Shown: positions 10,301 through 19,306 of the stretch, piece after piece | Numbering within the stretch: position 1 is the first letter of the stretch | Layout of the letters: each line of letters opens with the position of its first letter | Origin: an uncultured Acidobacteriota bacterium | GTDB taxonomy: Bacteria > Actinomycetota > Acidimicrobiia > Spongiisociales > ZC4RG35 | Direction of reading: 5' to 3' | DNA length: 64,000 bases | NCBI GenBank assembly: GCA_963828465.1 | Contig: CAWHEU010000004.1 | Coordinates: 73,680-137,679, forward strand | Program-made: the position numbers and the translations under genes | Notes under the pieces: model-generated | The model's database searches: none | The model's input: the letters and a program-made list of their open reading frames with translations, nothing else | Told to the model about the DNA's origin: nothing

Positions 10301-11784
10301 ATGGAGCCGAGCGGATTGTCGCCCTGAGCCATGTCTGCAATGACCAGCCGACGCTCCTCTGCGGTGTAGCCAAACACCCGGCTCAGGGCAGCAGCATCGA
10401 AACGGTCGTCGGCCAAGCTGTCGAAGGACGCCTGGATGCGCAGGGTCTCGGTATTGACCCAGTCGCCATAGGGCCGGGCCGTGGCCAGCGCTCGCTTGAC
10501 CTCGTCGGTGTGGAGCACCTGGCCCGTCTCGCCATCGAAGAGAATCAGCTCGCCGGGCCCGAGTTGGCCAGTAGCTGTCGCTTTTGACTCCTCCTCGGGG
10601 CACACACCTGCCTCGGACGCGACCAGGAGCACATCCGGCGTCACCGCCCACCGGGCGGGGCGAAGACCGTTGCGGTCCATGCCGGCCAGCAGAGACGACC
10701 CGTCGGTGGCTGCGATGGCGGCCGGACCATCCCACGGCTCGGTGAGAAATGCGTGATAGGCGTAGAAGGAGGCCAGGTCCGGCTCCAGGTCAGGGACGTT
10801 CTCCCAGGCCGCCGGCATGAGCATCTCTTTGACGTGGGGAAGGGAGCGACCGCTCTGCATAAGCAGCTCGAACACGTTGTCGAGGCTTCCCGAGTCGGAG
10901 ATCCCGGGCTGGAGGAACGGGAAGACATCGGGGAGGCGGTCTCCCCAAACCCCCGGCGTCGCCGCCTTCTCCCTGGCCAGCATCCACGATCGGTTGGACT
11001 GGATGGTGTTGATCTCACCGTTGTGGGCAAGGGTGCGGAACGGCTGGGCGTTGTCCCACGACGGGAAGGTGTTGGTCGAATACCGCTGGTGGAATATGGC
11101 GAACGCCGTCTCGAAATCGGGGTCGCGCAGGTCCCAGTAGAAGTCCGAGATCTTGGAGGCGGTGAACAGCCCTTTGTAGACCACGGTGCGGCTCGAGGCC
11201 GACGGGATGGACAATCCCGGGACATCCGCCCTCTCGATGCGCTTCCGGGACAGATAGAGGGCCCGCTCGAAATCGGCGCCTTCGCTCTCGCTGGTGACAA
11301 TGGCCTGCTCGATGAGGGGCAAGACGAGTCGGGCGTGATCGCCGAGGACCGAGGGGTCGGTGGGGACGGAGCGCCAGAACAAGAGGTGCATCCCCTCCGC
11401 CTCGATCGCCTCAGTGACCACCGATCGGGAGGCCGCGGCGTCGGTCGGCGAGAGGAAGCACATCACCACTCCGAGACGCGACGGCGACACTTCGAGCCCG
11501 TGGGTGGCCAACTCGCGGTTGATCAGTCGATGGGGCACCTGGGTCAGGAGCCCGGCGCCGTCACCGGTGCCATCTGCCGCCCGAGCCCCACGGTGGTCCA
11601 GGTTGACCAGGCACTCGACGGCGAGACGTGTCATCCGGAAGGTGGGTGCGAGATCCCGGGCCGCGATGAACCCGACGCCGCAGGCGTCACGGTCAGGGCC
11701 AGGATCGAAGAAGGGTGCCGTCATCGCTCCATGGGTGTCTCGGGAGCGATGCAGTGTAAACCCAGAAAACCCAGGTCCAACCAT
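7353..11784 (-). CDS. gltB: Glutamate synthase large subunit, with an apparent frameshift near 9695-9705
   Basis: The N-terminal ORF (9565-11784) has the class-II amidotransferase domain, TAPFFDPGPDRDACGVGFIA. The C-terminal ORF (7353-9665) has the FMN domain and the GXGXG domain. The frames join as VNPYLAIEHA / GDLAASGAIDVDPVAAQENFRAAMEGGLLKIMSKMGI. The real start is probably MTAPFF at about 11724. Confidence 0.85.
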
Positions 11785-11803
11785 GTTTCGTTAGCCTCGC
11801 CTC

Positions 11804-12787
11804 ATGAGATTCGGAGCATTCGTCCCACAGGGATGGCGTCTCGATCTGGTCGGGATCGACAAGAGTGAGCATTGGAAGACCATGTCCGACGTGGCGCGGC
11901 GGATCGAGGAGACCGGATTCGAGTCGCTCTGGGTCTACGACCACTTCCACACCACTCCCGCCCCGACCCAGGAGGCCACCTACGAGGCATGGACGCTGAT
12001 GGCATCACTCGCGGCCGTGACAAACACGGTCCGTCTCGGGCAGATGTGCACCTGCAACACCTACCGCCCGCCCTCCTATCTGGCCAAGGTGGCGGCCTCG
12101 ATCGACGTGATCTCTGGTGGCCGTCTCGAGATGGGGATCGGTGCCGGCTGGTACGGGCACGAGCATGATGGCTACGGCTACCCCTTCCTCGAGCCGGCGC
12201 CGCGAATCAAGATGCTGGAGGAAGGCGTCGAGATCATGAAAGCCATGTGGACCGAGGAGGTGGTCGACTATGAGGGCAGGCACTATCGGCTCAAGGGAGC
12301 GATCTGTCAGCCCAAGCCTGTCCAGTCGCCCCACATCCCGCTCTGGGTCGCCGGCGGCGGGGAGCAGCTGACGCTACGAGTGGCGGCCCGGCACGCCCAG
12401 TACACCAACTTCGGGATCAAACCCGAGCTCTTCGTCCAGAAATCCGAGGCCCTGGCGGGGCATTGCCGAGACATTGGCCGCGACTTCGACTCGATCACGA
12501 GGTCGGCCAACTTCAACATCGTCTGCGACGAGACCGAGGCCGGTGTCCAGGAGAAGATCCGGGCCGTCGAGAGCCGGATGCAGCAGTACGTCTCGGAGGA
12601 TCGCGCCGCCGAGCAGGCGAAGCTTTACAAGTACGCCTCGGGCACCCCGGACCAGGTCATCAGCTACCTCAAGGAGTGGGAGGCACTCGGGCTGGCGTAC
12701 GCCATCATCTATTTCCCCGACCCCGCCTACGACTTGTCGAGCCTGGAGCTGTTCGCCCGCGAGGTGATGCCCGCCTTCGCCGGCTGA
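11804..12787 (+). CDS. LLM-class (luciferase-like) oxidoreductase, probably F420-dependent
   Basis: 327-aa protein with a bacterial-luciferase TIM-barrel pattern: LWVYDHF, GGRLEMGIGAGW. Confidence 0.7.
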   Translation: MRFGAFVPQGWRLDLVGIDKSEHWKTMSDVARRIEETGFESLWVYDHFHTTPAPTQEATYEAWTLMASLAAVTNTVRLGQMCTCNTYRPPSYLAKVAASIDVISGGRLEMGIGAGWYGHEHDGYGYPFLEPAPRIKMLEEGVEIMKAMWTEEVVDYEGRHYRLKGAICQPKPVQSPHIPLWVAGGGEQLTLRVAARHAQYTNFGIKPELFVQKSEALAGHCRDIGRDFDSITRSANFNIVCDETEAGVQEKIRAVESRMQQYVSEDRAAEQAKLYKYASGTPDQVISYLKEWEALGLAYAIIYFPDPAYDLSSLELFAREVMPAFAG

Positions 12788-12796
12788 ACACACATA

Positions 12797-13948
12797 TCAC
12801 TTGAGACCGCTGAGCCGGTCGAGGGCCTCGGTGAGTATCTCCTCGTCCTTGCAGAAGGCAAAGCGGACCAGAGAAGCTCCATCATCGGGCCGGTGATAGA
12901 AGACACTCGGCGGGATCGCCACCACTCGGGCAGTCTCGACCATGTGACGGCAGAAAGTCCTGTCGTCGTCGAAGCCGAAGCCGTCGAACCCGGCCATCAT
13001 GAAATACGTCCCTTGCGGGCGGTGTACCTGAAAGCCGACAGCATCGAGGCCATTGGCGAGTAGGTCCCGTTTCTTCAGATAATCCGAGCGAAGGTCCTCA
13101 TAGAAGCCAGCCGGTGCGCCCATCGCGGCCACCGCCCCGTGTTGCACCGGGGTCGGGGTGGTGAAGGTGAGGAACTGATGGGCGGCACGTAACCCGGCGG
13201 TCAGCGCCCGTGGGGCGATACCCCAGCCCACCTTCCATCCGGTGAGCGAGAACGTCTTCCCGATCGAGGAAAGGGTGAGGGTTCGCTCCCACATCCCCTC
13301 ATACGTGGCCAGCCGGCGGTGCTCACCGTCGTAGACCATCTCCTCGTAGACCTCGTCGGTGATGGCGATGACGTTGTATTCGACACAGAGAGAGGCGATG
13401 GCCGCCAGCTCATGGTCGCTGAACACCCGACCTGTCGGGTTGTGGGGATTGTTGACCACGATCGCCTTGGTCTTCGGGGAGAACGTCGATCGAAGCTCCT
13501 CGAGGTCGATGCCGAAGCCCGGTGGCCTCAGGGTCACGTACCTCGGCACAGCGCCGGTCATCGAGACGAACACCGGATAGGCGTCGTAGAAAGGCTCGAT
13601 GAGGATCACCTCGTCGCCGGGATCGATGAGCCCGAGGAACGATGCCGCGAGGGCTTCTGTGCATCCACAGGTGATGGTCACCTCCCCAACAGGGTCGACC
13701 TGCCTCCCGAGAAGCGGCCCGTATCGATCGGCAATGGCTTGTCGCAGCGCCGGCACACCCTGGCTCGGCGGATATTGGTCGCTGCCGCCCTCGACCAACG
13801 AACGAGCGGCGGCATCCTTCACGAACTCCGCCCCCTCCCAGTTGGGGAAGCCCTGTCCGAGATTGATGGCGTCGTACTCCATGGCGAGGGCGGTCATTTC
13901 GCTGAAGATGGTGACCCCGAACGAGGCAAGACGGTCGGCGATCGACAT
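12797..13948 (-). CDS. PLP-dependent aminotransferase, class I/II
   Basis: INLGQGFPNWEG...YPPSQG...PFYDAY motifs. Start placed at MSIADRLASFG; the longer 14068 start overlaps the upstream gene. Confidence 0.8.
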   Translation of the reverse strand: MSIADRLASFGVTIFSEMTALAMEYDAINLGQGFPNWEGAEFVKDAAARSLVEGGSDQYPPSQGVPALRQAIADRYGPLLGRQVDPVGEVTITCGCTEALAASFLGLIDPGDEVILIEPFYDAYPVFVSMTGAVPRYVTLRPPGFGIDLEELRSTFSPKTKAIVVNNPHNPTGRVFSDHELAAIASLCVEYNVIAITDEVYEEMVYDGEHRRLATYEGMWERTLTLSSIGKTFSLTGWKVGWGIAPRALTAGLRAAHQFLTFTTPTPVQHGAVAAMGAPAGFYEDLRSDYLKKRDLLANGLDAVGFQVHRPQGTYFMMAGFDGFGFDDDRTFCRHMVETARVVAIPPSVFYHRPDDGASLVRFAFCKDEEILTEALDRLSGLK

Positions 13949-13968
13949 GTCCGTCAGACTATGCCGCC

Positions 13969-14391
13969 TCAGCCCAGGCGCTCGAGGGTGACGATCGGGA
14001 TCTCCCGGTCGGTTCTCGTCTGGTAAACGGCGTAGTCGCCATAAGACGCCACCACCTTCGGCCACCACACCTCGCGATCCGCCGACGAGGCGGTCCGTGC
14101 GGTCAGCACCAGCTTCCTATCGCCGACCCGGGCGGTGACCGAGGGATCGGCGAGCAGATTGAGATACCACTCTGGATGACGATCACGCCCGCCGTAGGAA
14201 GCGATCACCAGAAACTTGTCGCCATCCCGCAGGTAGAGCAGAGGAACGGTGTGGGGCTGACCGGTCAGCCTCCCCCGCGTGGTGAGGAGGAGCATGTCGT
14301 TCCCGACCAGCCGCCTGCCGACCACCCCGTTCGTCGCCTCGTAGAGGACGCGGTGAAATGCTGACCACCGCTTGACGCCCGAATCTCTCAC
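13969..14391 (-). CDS. Nitroreductase-family deazaflavin (F420H2)-dependent oxidoreductase, DUF385
   Basis: GRLTGQPHTVPLLYLRDGDKFLVIASYGGRDRHPEWYLNL. A GTG start at 14391 avoids overlap with the upstream AKR gene. Confidence 0.7.
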   Translation of the reverse strand: MRDSGVKRWSAFHRVLYEATNGVVGRRLVGNDMLLLTTRGRLTGQPHTVPLLYLRDGDKFLVIASYGGRDRHPEWYLNLLADPSVTARVGDRKLVLTARTASSADREVWWPKVVASYGDYAVYQTRTDREIPIVTLERLG

Positions 14392-14401
14392 CGTGCTGGC
14401 C

Positions 14402-15394
14402 TCAGCCGGCGTCGCTGGACCTGGCCCACAAGTTGATGTCGCCCTCAACCGCGTACCGGTCGATGGCAGCCAACTCCTCCTCACTGAAACGCGTGTTGTC
14501 GACGGCTCGCAGCAGGTCTTCGACCTGAGACCAGCGACTCGCCCCGATGAGAGCCGACGTGACACGTTCGTCTCGTAGCACCCAGGCCACGGCCATCTGG
14601 GCCAGGGTCTGGCCCCGATCTCGGGCGACGTCGTTGAGCCCGCTCACCCGGGCCAGGTTGTCTTCGGACAGCATCGAGCGATCCAGCGCACCTCCTGTCG
14701 CCACCCGGGAGTCGGCCGGGACACCATCGAGGTATCGATCGGTCAGCAGCCCCTGGGCCAAGGGAGAGAACGCGATGCAGCCGATACCCAGCTCGCCGAG
14801 CACATCGAGGAGCCCATCCTCGACCCACCGATTGAGCATTGAATAAGAGGGCTGATGGATGATGAACGGCGTCCCGAGTCGGGTGAGGATGGCGTGCGCC
14901 TCCCGTGTCATCTCCGGGCTATATGAGGAGATCCCGGCATATAGGGCCTTCCCGGCGCGGACCGCGGTATCGAGTGAGCCCAGGGTCTCCTCGAGGGGCG
15001 TGTCCGGGTCGTAACGATGGGAGTAGAAGATGTCGACGTATTCGAGTCCCATACGCGTCAGGCTCTGGTCCAAGCTGGCCAACAGGTACTTCCGTGAGCC
15101 CCATTCGCCATAGGGCCCCTCCCACATGTCGTATCCCGCCTTGGTGGAGATGATCAGCTCATCGCGATATGGCGCCAAGTCCGAAGCAAGAAGCGTCCCG
15201 AAGTTCCGCTCCGCCGATCCGGGTGGTGGCCCGTAGTTGTTGGCCAGGTCGAAGTGTGTGATCCCCTGGTCGAAGGAGTTCAGGATCATGCGCCGACCCT
15301 CCTCGGTCAGCGAGTCGCCTCCGAAGTTGTGCCATAGCCCCAAAGACACCCGGGGCAGGTCGAGACCACTCCGCCCCGATCGGGCATAGGGCAT
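14402..15394 (-). CDS. Aldo/keto reductase (YghZ/L-glyceraldehyde-3-phosphate reductase-like)
   Basis: MPYARSGRSGLDLPRVSLGLWHNFG...DLANNYGPPPGSAE, typical of the AKR family. Confidence 0.8.
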   Translation of the reverse strand: MPYARSGRSGLDLPRVSLGLWHNFGGDSLTEEGRRMILNSFDQGITHFDLANNYGPPPGSAERNFGTLLASDLAPYRDELIISTKAGYDMWEGPYGEWGSRKYLLASLDQSLTRMGLEYVDIFYSHRYDPDTPLEETLGSLDTAVRAGKALYAGISSYSPEMTREAHAILTRLGTPFIIHQPSYSMLNRWVEDGLLDVLGELGIGCIAFSPLAQGLLTDRYLDGVPADSRVATGGALDRSMLSEDNLARVSGLNDVARDRGQTLAQMAVAWVLRDERVTSALIGASRWSQVEDLLRAVDNTRFSEEELAAIDRYAVEGDINLWARSSDAG

Positions 15395-15443
15395 ACGGCT
15401 GTATCGGTCCGGGTCTGGATTGTGCAACGGACTCACCTCCTGG

Positions 15444-16286
15444 TCAGACAGCTTCCAATTGTGGCTCGTCCTTCCGTCGACGTCGCGACGTCGACCCTGA
15501 CGATGGCTCCCACCTGAAGAACCGGATCGCGAGGAGAGCGGCCACCACACCCCAGAGGGCGAGATAGCCGATCTGGGGCCAGTGGAACTGAGGCCCGGTC
15601 AGGGTGGGGTCGAAGGCATCTCGGAAAGCCTCGGCGAAGGCTTTGAGTGGGAAGAAGTTGCCGGCGATCTCCATCCACCGCGGTGGGTCCTGTATCGGGA
15701 AGAAAATGTTGGAGATGAACGCGACGGGGAGGAGAGTGGCGTTGGTGATCGCGGGGGCGGCATCGCCATTGGGCGAGATCGCCGCTACCAACATCCCGAG
15801 AGCAGCGAAACAGCTGACCCCGACGACGAACGTGAGCAGGGCCGCCGGCAGGGTGCGGGCGATGATCTGGACCCCGTAAAAGACCACTCCGGCCGCCATC
15901 ATCAGGGCCATGGCGAGAAATGCGAGGTAGACCGAGGAAGCCACGCGGCCTGCGATGTAGGCCCACGGCGGGATCGGCGTGCCCCGGATACGCTTGAGTA
16001 TCCCGTTGTCGCGGGCAATGGCCGTGCCGATGGCGAGATTGGTGTAGGTGGCCGAGACGGCAGCGAACACGGCGAGGCCGGGGGTGAAGTACTGGGCCGT
16101 GGTGATCCCCAAGCCTTCGATCTCATCGTTGCCGAAGATGGCGGTGAACAGCACGAGCAACATCAACGGGAACACGATGGTGAAGAATGCTGCGATCGGC
16201 GTGCGCCAGAACACCTTGTTCTGATAGCGGAACTGCTGCCAGACCAAAGACCATACCGAGGGTCTGTGTAGGGCTTCAGTGCTCAT
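15444..16286 (-). CDS. ABC-2 type transporter permease
   Basis: 280-aa polytopic membrane protein immediately downstream of an ABC ATPase, overlapping it by 11 nt. Confidence 0.7.
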   Translation of the reverse strand: MSTEALHRPSVWSLVWQQFRYQNKVFWRTPIAAFFTIVFPLMLLVLFTAIFGNDEIEGLGITTAQYFTPGLAVFAAVSATYTNLAIGTAIARDNGILKRIRGTPIPPWAYIAGRVASSVYLAFLAMALMMAAGVVFYGVQIIARTLPAALLTFVVGVSCFAALGMLVAAISPNGDAAPAITNATLLPVAFISNIFFPIQDPPRWMEIAGNFFPLKAFAEAFRDAFDPTLTGPQFHWPQIGYLALWGVVAALLAIRFFRWEPSSGSTSRRRRKDEPQLEAV

Positions 16287-17169
16287 CGGTCAGCTCGAGA
16301 TAGACATCCTCCAACGATGGTCGGGCGACCTGGAGTTGTTCCAGCTCCAGGTCTTTGCCGATCGCCCAGGTGGTGAGCTCATGGAGCGCCCGGGTGGCCG
16401 ACTCGGCGCTGACCTCGATCATGTCGCCGTCCACCGTGCTGGCGCTGATCGGCAGTTCCTCGACGCTGACCCCTTCAGGAAGCGCGAATCGGATCATGCT
16501 CTTCCCGTCCGCCCGCCCGCCGAGCGTCTCCGGTGTGCCCTCCGCCACGATCTTGCCGCTGTCGATGATGGCGATCCGATCCGCAAGATGCTGGGCCTCA
16601 TCCATGTAGTGGGTCGTGAGCAGGATTGTCTTGCCCAGGTCAGCCAGGTTCTCGAGGATCCCCCAGGCCTGTCTGCGCGCCGAGGGGTCGAATCCGGTGG
16701 TGGGCTCGTCCAGGAAGAGAAGGTCGGGATCGCCGACCAGCCCGAGGGCCAGCTCGAGTCTTCGCTGCTGGCCACCCGACAGGGTCTTGATCCTGGCGTC
16801 GGCCTTTTCGGTGAGCCCGACCAGGTCGATCAAATGATCGGCCTCGAGCCGCCTGGGATACATGCCCCCGTATATGGACAACGCCTCACGCACCGAGAGC
16901 TCCCGTTCCACAGCGCCCTCCTGGAGCACGATCCCGATTCGCTCCCGGTAGGCGCGGCCGCCTGTGGAGGGGTCGAAGCCGAGCACACTGATGCTGCCGC
17001 CATCGGCCGAGCGATGCCCCTCGAGGATCTCTACCGTGGTGGTCTTGCCCGCCCCGTTGGGTCCGAGCAGCGCAAACACCTCACCGGTCTCGATCGAGAT
17101 GTCGACGCCGTCGACGGCCACCACGTCGCCATAGGACTTCCTGAGGCCCCTGACCTCGATTGCCGCCAT
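16276..17169 (-). CDS. ABC transporter ATP-binding protein
   Basis: Walker A GPNGAGKTT, signature LSGGQQRR and Walker B LLFLDEPT. Start placed at MAAIEVRGL. Confidence 0.85.
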   Translation of the reverse strand: MAAIEVRGLRKSYGDVVAVDGVDISIETGEVFALLGPNGAGKTTTVEILEGHRSADGGSISVLGFDPSTGGRAYRERIGIVLQEGAVERELSVREALSIYGGMYPRRLEADHLIDLVGLTEKADARIKTLSGGQQRRLELALGLVGDPDLLFLDEPTTGFDPSARRQAWGILENLADLGKTILLTTHYMDEAQHLADRIAIIDSGKIVAEGTPETLGGRADGKSMIRFALPEGVSVEELPISASTVDGDMIEVSAESATRALHELTTWAIGKDLELEQLQVARPSLEDVYLELTDEH

Positions 17170-17192
17170 TTCCGGGATCCTAGGATGCCGCC

Positions 17193-17651
17193 ATGACAGC
17201 AGAATCCGGTCCAATTGGGCCTGTGGTTGTGGGAATCGACGGGTCCGAGCCGGGCTTCACGGCATTGCGACATGCGGTTCGGGAGGCCGAATGGCGAGAC
17301 GTCCCTCTGCACGCGGTCCACGTGCTCGATGTCAGCCCGGCTGTTCTCCACCTCGAGGGAGATCGAACGGTCAACACCCGCGAGCTCGCCGAGAGCGACA
17401 GGGCCCGGATCTGGGAGCTGGCCGAGCCCATCCTCGAAGACACCAAAGCGGAGGTGGTACGCGTAGAGAGGGACGGCAACCCGGGCAAGACGCTCATCGC
17501 ATATTGCGACGAAGCCGGCGGGTCAGTGCTGGTGGTTGGACCGCGGGGTCGGGGACGAGTGGGCCGATGGCTGCTCGGGTCGACCGCCGACCAGGCGGTC
17601 AAGACTGCGCCTTGCGATGTGCTCGTTGTCAAGCCTGGTGCGGACATCTAG
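17193..17651 (+). CDS. Universal stress protein (UspA family)
   Basis: VVVGIDGSEPG...GSVLVVGPRGRGRVGRWLLGSTADQAVKTAPCDVLVVK. Confidence 0.8.
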   Translation: MTAESGPIGPVVVGIDGSEPGFTALRHAVREAEWRDVPLHAVHVLDVSPAVLHLEGDRTVNTRELAESDRARIWELAEPILEDTKAEVVRVERDGNPGKTLIAYCDEAGGSVLVVGPRGRGRVGRWLLGSTADQAVKTAPCDVLVVKPGADI

Positions 17652-17692
17652 GCCTGCCTCCTTGAGTTTTCAGGCGGGCGGGTCGATCCTCT

Positions 17693-18295
17693 AGCCGTGC
17701 ATGCACTGTTGTTGGCGGTGTTCATGGCTGTGCTTCCTCCTGGAGGCTCGTTCGTCGATGACGACGGGAACGTCCACGAGGGGGGTATCGAGGCGATCGC
17801 CGCCGAAGGCATCACCCGTGGCTGCAACCCACCAGCCAACGACCGTTACTGTCCGGAAAAGACAGTCACTCGGGGCCAAATGGCGGTGTTTCTGGCCCGC
17901 GCCCTCGATCTCGGCCCCACCTCCAACGACTATTTCAACGACGACGAAACCAGCCTGTTCGAAGCCGGGATCAACCGTCTCGCCGCCGCCGGGATTACCC
18001 AGGGCTGCAATCCGCCGGCCAACAACCGGTTCTGTCCCGAACAGGAAATGACCCGTGGCCAGATGGCAGCCATGCTGGCCAGAGCCTTCGACTATCCGGT
18101 GTCACACCACAACCGGTTCAACGATGACAACGGTCACATCTTCGAACAGGCAATCCAGAAGCTCGCCGCCGCTGGAGTGACCGTCGGCTGCAATCCACCG
18201 GCCAACAACCGGTTCTGTCCCAACGATCCGATCAGACGAGACCAGATGGCCACCCTCCTCACCCGAGCCAACCACCTCACCCCCAACCGACCACC
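17693..18295. repeat. Direct repeat copy A, 603 bp, >98% identical to 19315-19917
   Basis: Direct comparison of the two segments shows only a handful of mismatches. The repeat covers the start codon and all three SLH repeats. Confidence 0.9.
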
Positions 18296-19304
18296 GGCGC
18301 GACTGCTGCCCACCCCGGGCAACCCTGACGGAAATTCGCCTGTCCCTGTCGCCGGCAGGGCGGTGGACACCTCCAACCCGGACATCGTGATCGGCAATGG
18401 CTCGCCACAGGGTTGCACGTCCCAGGCGGTGGTGAACGCCGTGGCGCAGGGGGGGATCATCACATTCGACTGCGGGCCGGACCCGGTGACGATCGTCATG
18501 AATGCCACGGCCAAGGTCTTCAACGACACCGGGCCCGAAATCGTCATCGACGGCGGCGGCCTCGTGACGCTCAGCGGGGGCGGCGTGCGACGGATCCTCT
18601 ACATGAACACATGCGATCTGGCCCAGGTCTGGACCACCGCCCACTGCCAGAACCAGGACCACCCGAGGCTGACCGTGCAAAACCTGGGTTTCATCGATGG
18701 GAACAGCACGAGCCATGGTCAGGACCTGGAGGGTGGTGGGGGCGCAATCTGGGTGCGCGGCGGTCGCTTCAAGATCGTGAACTCTGTGTTTGCCCGAAAC
18801 ACCTGTGCGCCAAGCGGGCCCGACGTGGGAGGCGCCTCGGTCAGGGTCTTCAGTCAGCATGACAACCAACCGGTCTACGTCGTCAACAGCACATTCGGCG
18901 GCGGCACGTCATTTGCCAATACCTGCTCCAACGCCGGTGGCATCAGCAGCATCGGGGTCTCCTGGACCATCATCAACAGCCTCTTCACCGACAACGACGC
19001 CACCGGCCGCGGTGCCAACCCGGCCCGAGGGGGCACTCCGGGCGGCGGAAGTGGTGGGGCCATCTATCTGGACGGGAACACCATGACTCTGCGGATCCAG
19101 GGCACGAGGATCGAGCGCAACCACGCACAGGAAGGTGGCGGCGGCATCTTCTTCGTCAGCAATGACAGGACGGGACACCTCGTGATCCAGAGCTCCGTCC
19201 TGTCGAACAACCCGAGCGACGGGTTCGAGACGGCCGGCTTCCCGGGCATCTTCTATCTCGGCGACGGGCCGATCCAGGTGACCGACAGCGTGATCGAGGA
19301 CTGA
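17697..19304 (+). CDS. Surface protein with three N-terminal SLH-like repeats and a C-terminal right-handed parallel beta-helix (pectate-lyase-like) domain
   Basis: Three ~62-aa repeats of the form F.DD...H...I..LAAAGIT.GCNPPANNRFCP....TRGQMAA.LARA match the SLH consensus. The C-terminal half is rich in GG/N/S-containing beta-helix rungs. Confidence 0.6.
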   Translation: MHALLLAVFMAVLPPGGSFVDDDGNVHEGGIEAIAAEGITRGCNPPANDRYCPEKTVTRGQMAVFLARALDLGPTSNDYFNDDETSLFEAGINRLAAAGITQGCNPPANNRFCPEQEMTRGQMAAMLARAFDYPVSHHNRFNDDNGHIFEQAIQKLAAAGVTVGCNPPANNRFCPNDPIRRDQMATLLTRANHLTPNRPPARLLPTPGNPDGNSPVPVAGRAVDTSNPDIVIGNGSPQGCTSQAVVNAVAQGGIITFDCGPDPVTIVMNATAKVFNDTGPEIVIDGGGLVTLSGGGVRRILYMNTCDLAQVWTTAHCQNQDHPRLTVQNLGFIDGNSTSHGQDLEGGGGAIWVRGGRFKIVNSVFARNTCAPSGPDVGGASVRVFSQHDNQPVYVVNSTFGGGTSFANTCSNAGGISSIGVSWTIINSLFTDNDATGRGANPARGGTPGGGSGGAIYLDGNTMTLRIQGTRIERNHAQEGGGGIFFVSNDRTGHLVIQSSVLSNNPSDGFETAGFPGIFYLGDGPIQVTDSVIED

Positions 19305-19306
19305 CG

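Noticed and set aside
10870-10886. TCGAACACGTTGTCGA, which resembles an SOS box
   Set aside because: It has two mismatches in the right half-site and lies deep inside gltB coding sequence.
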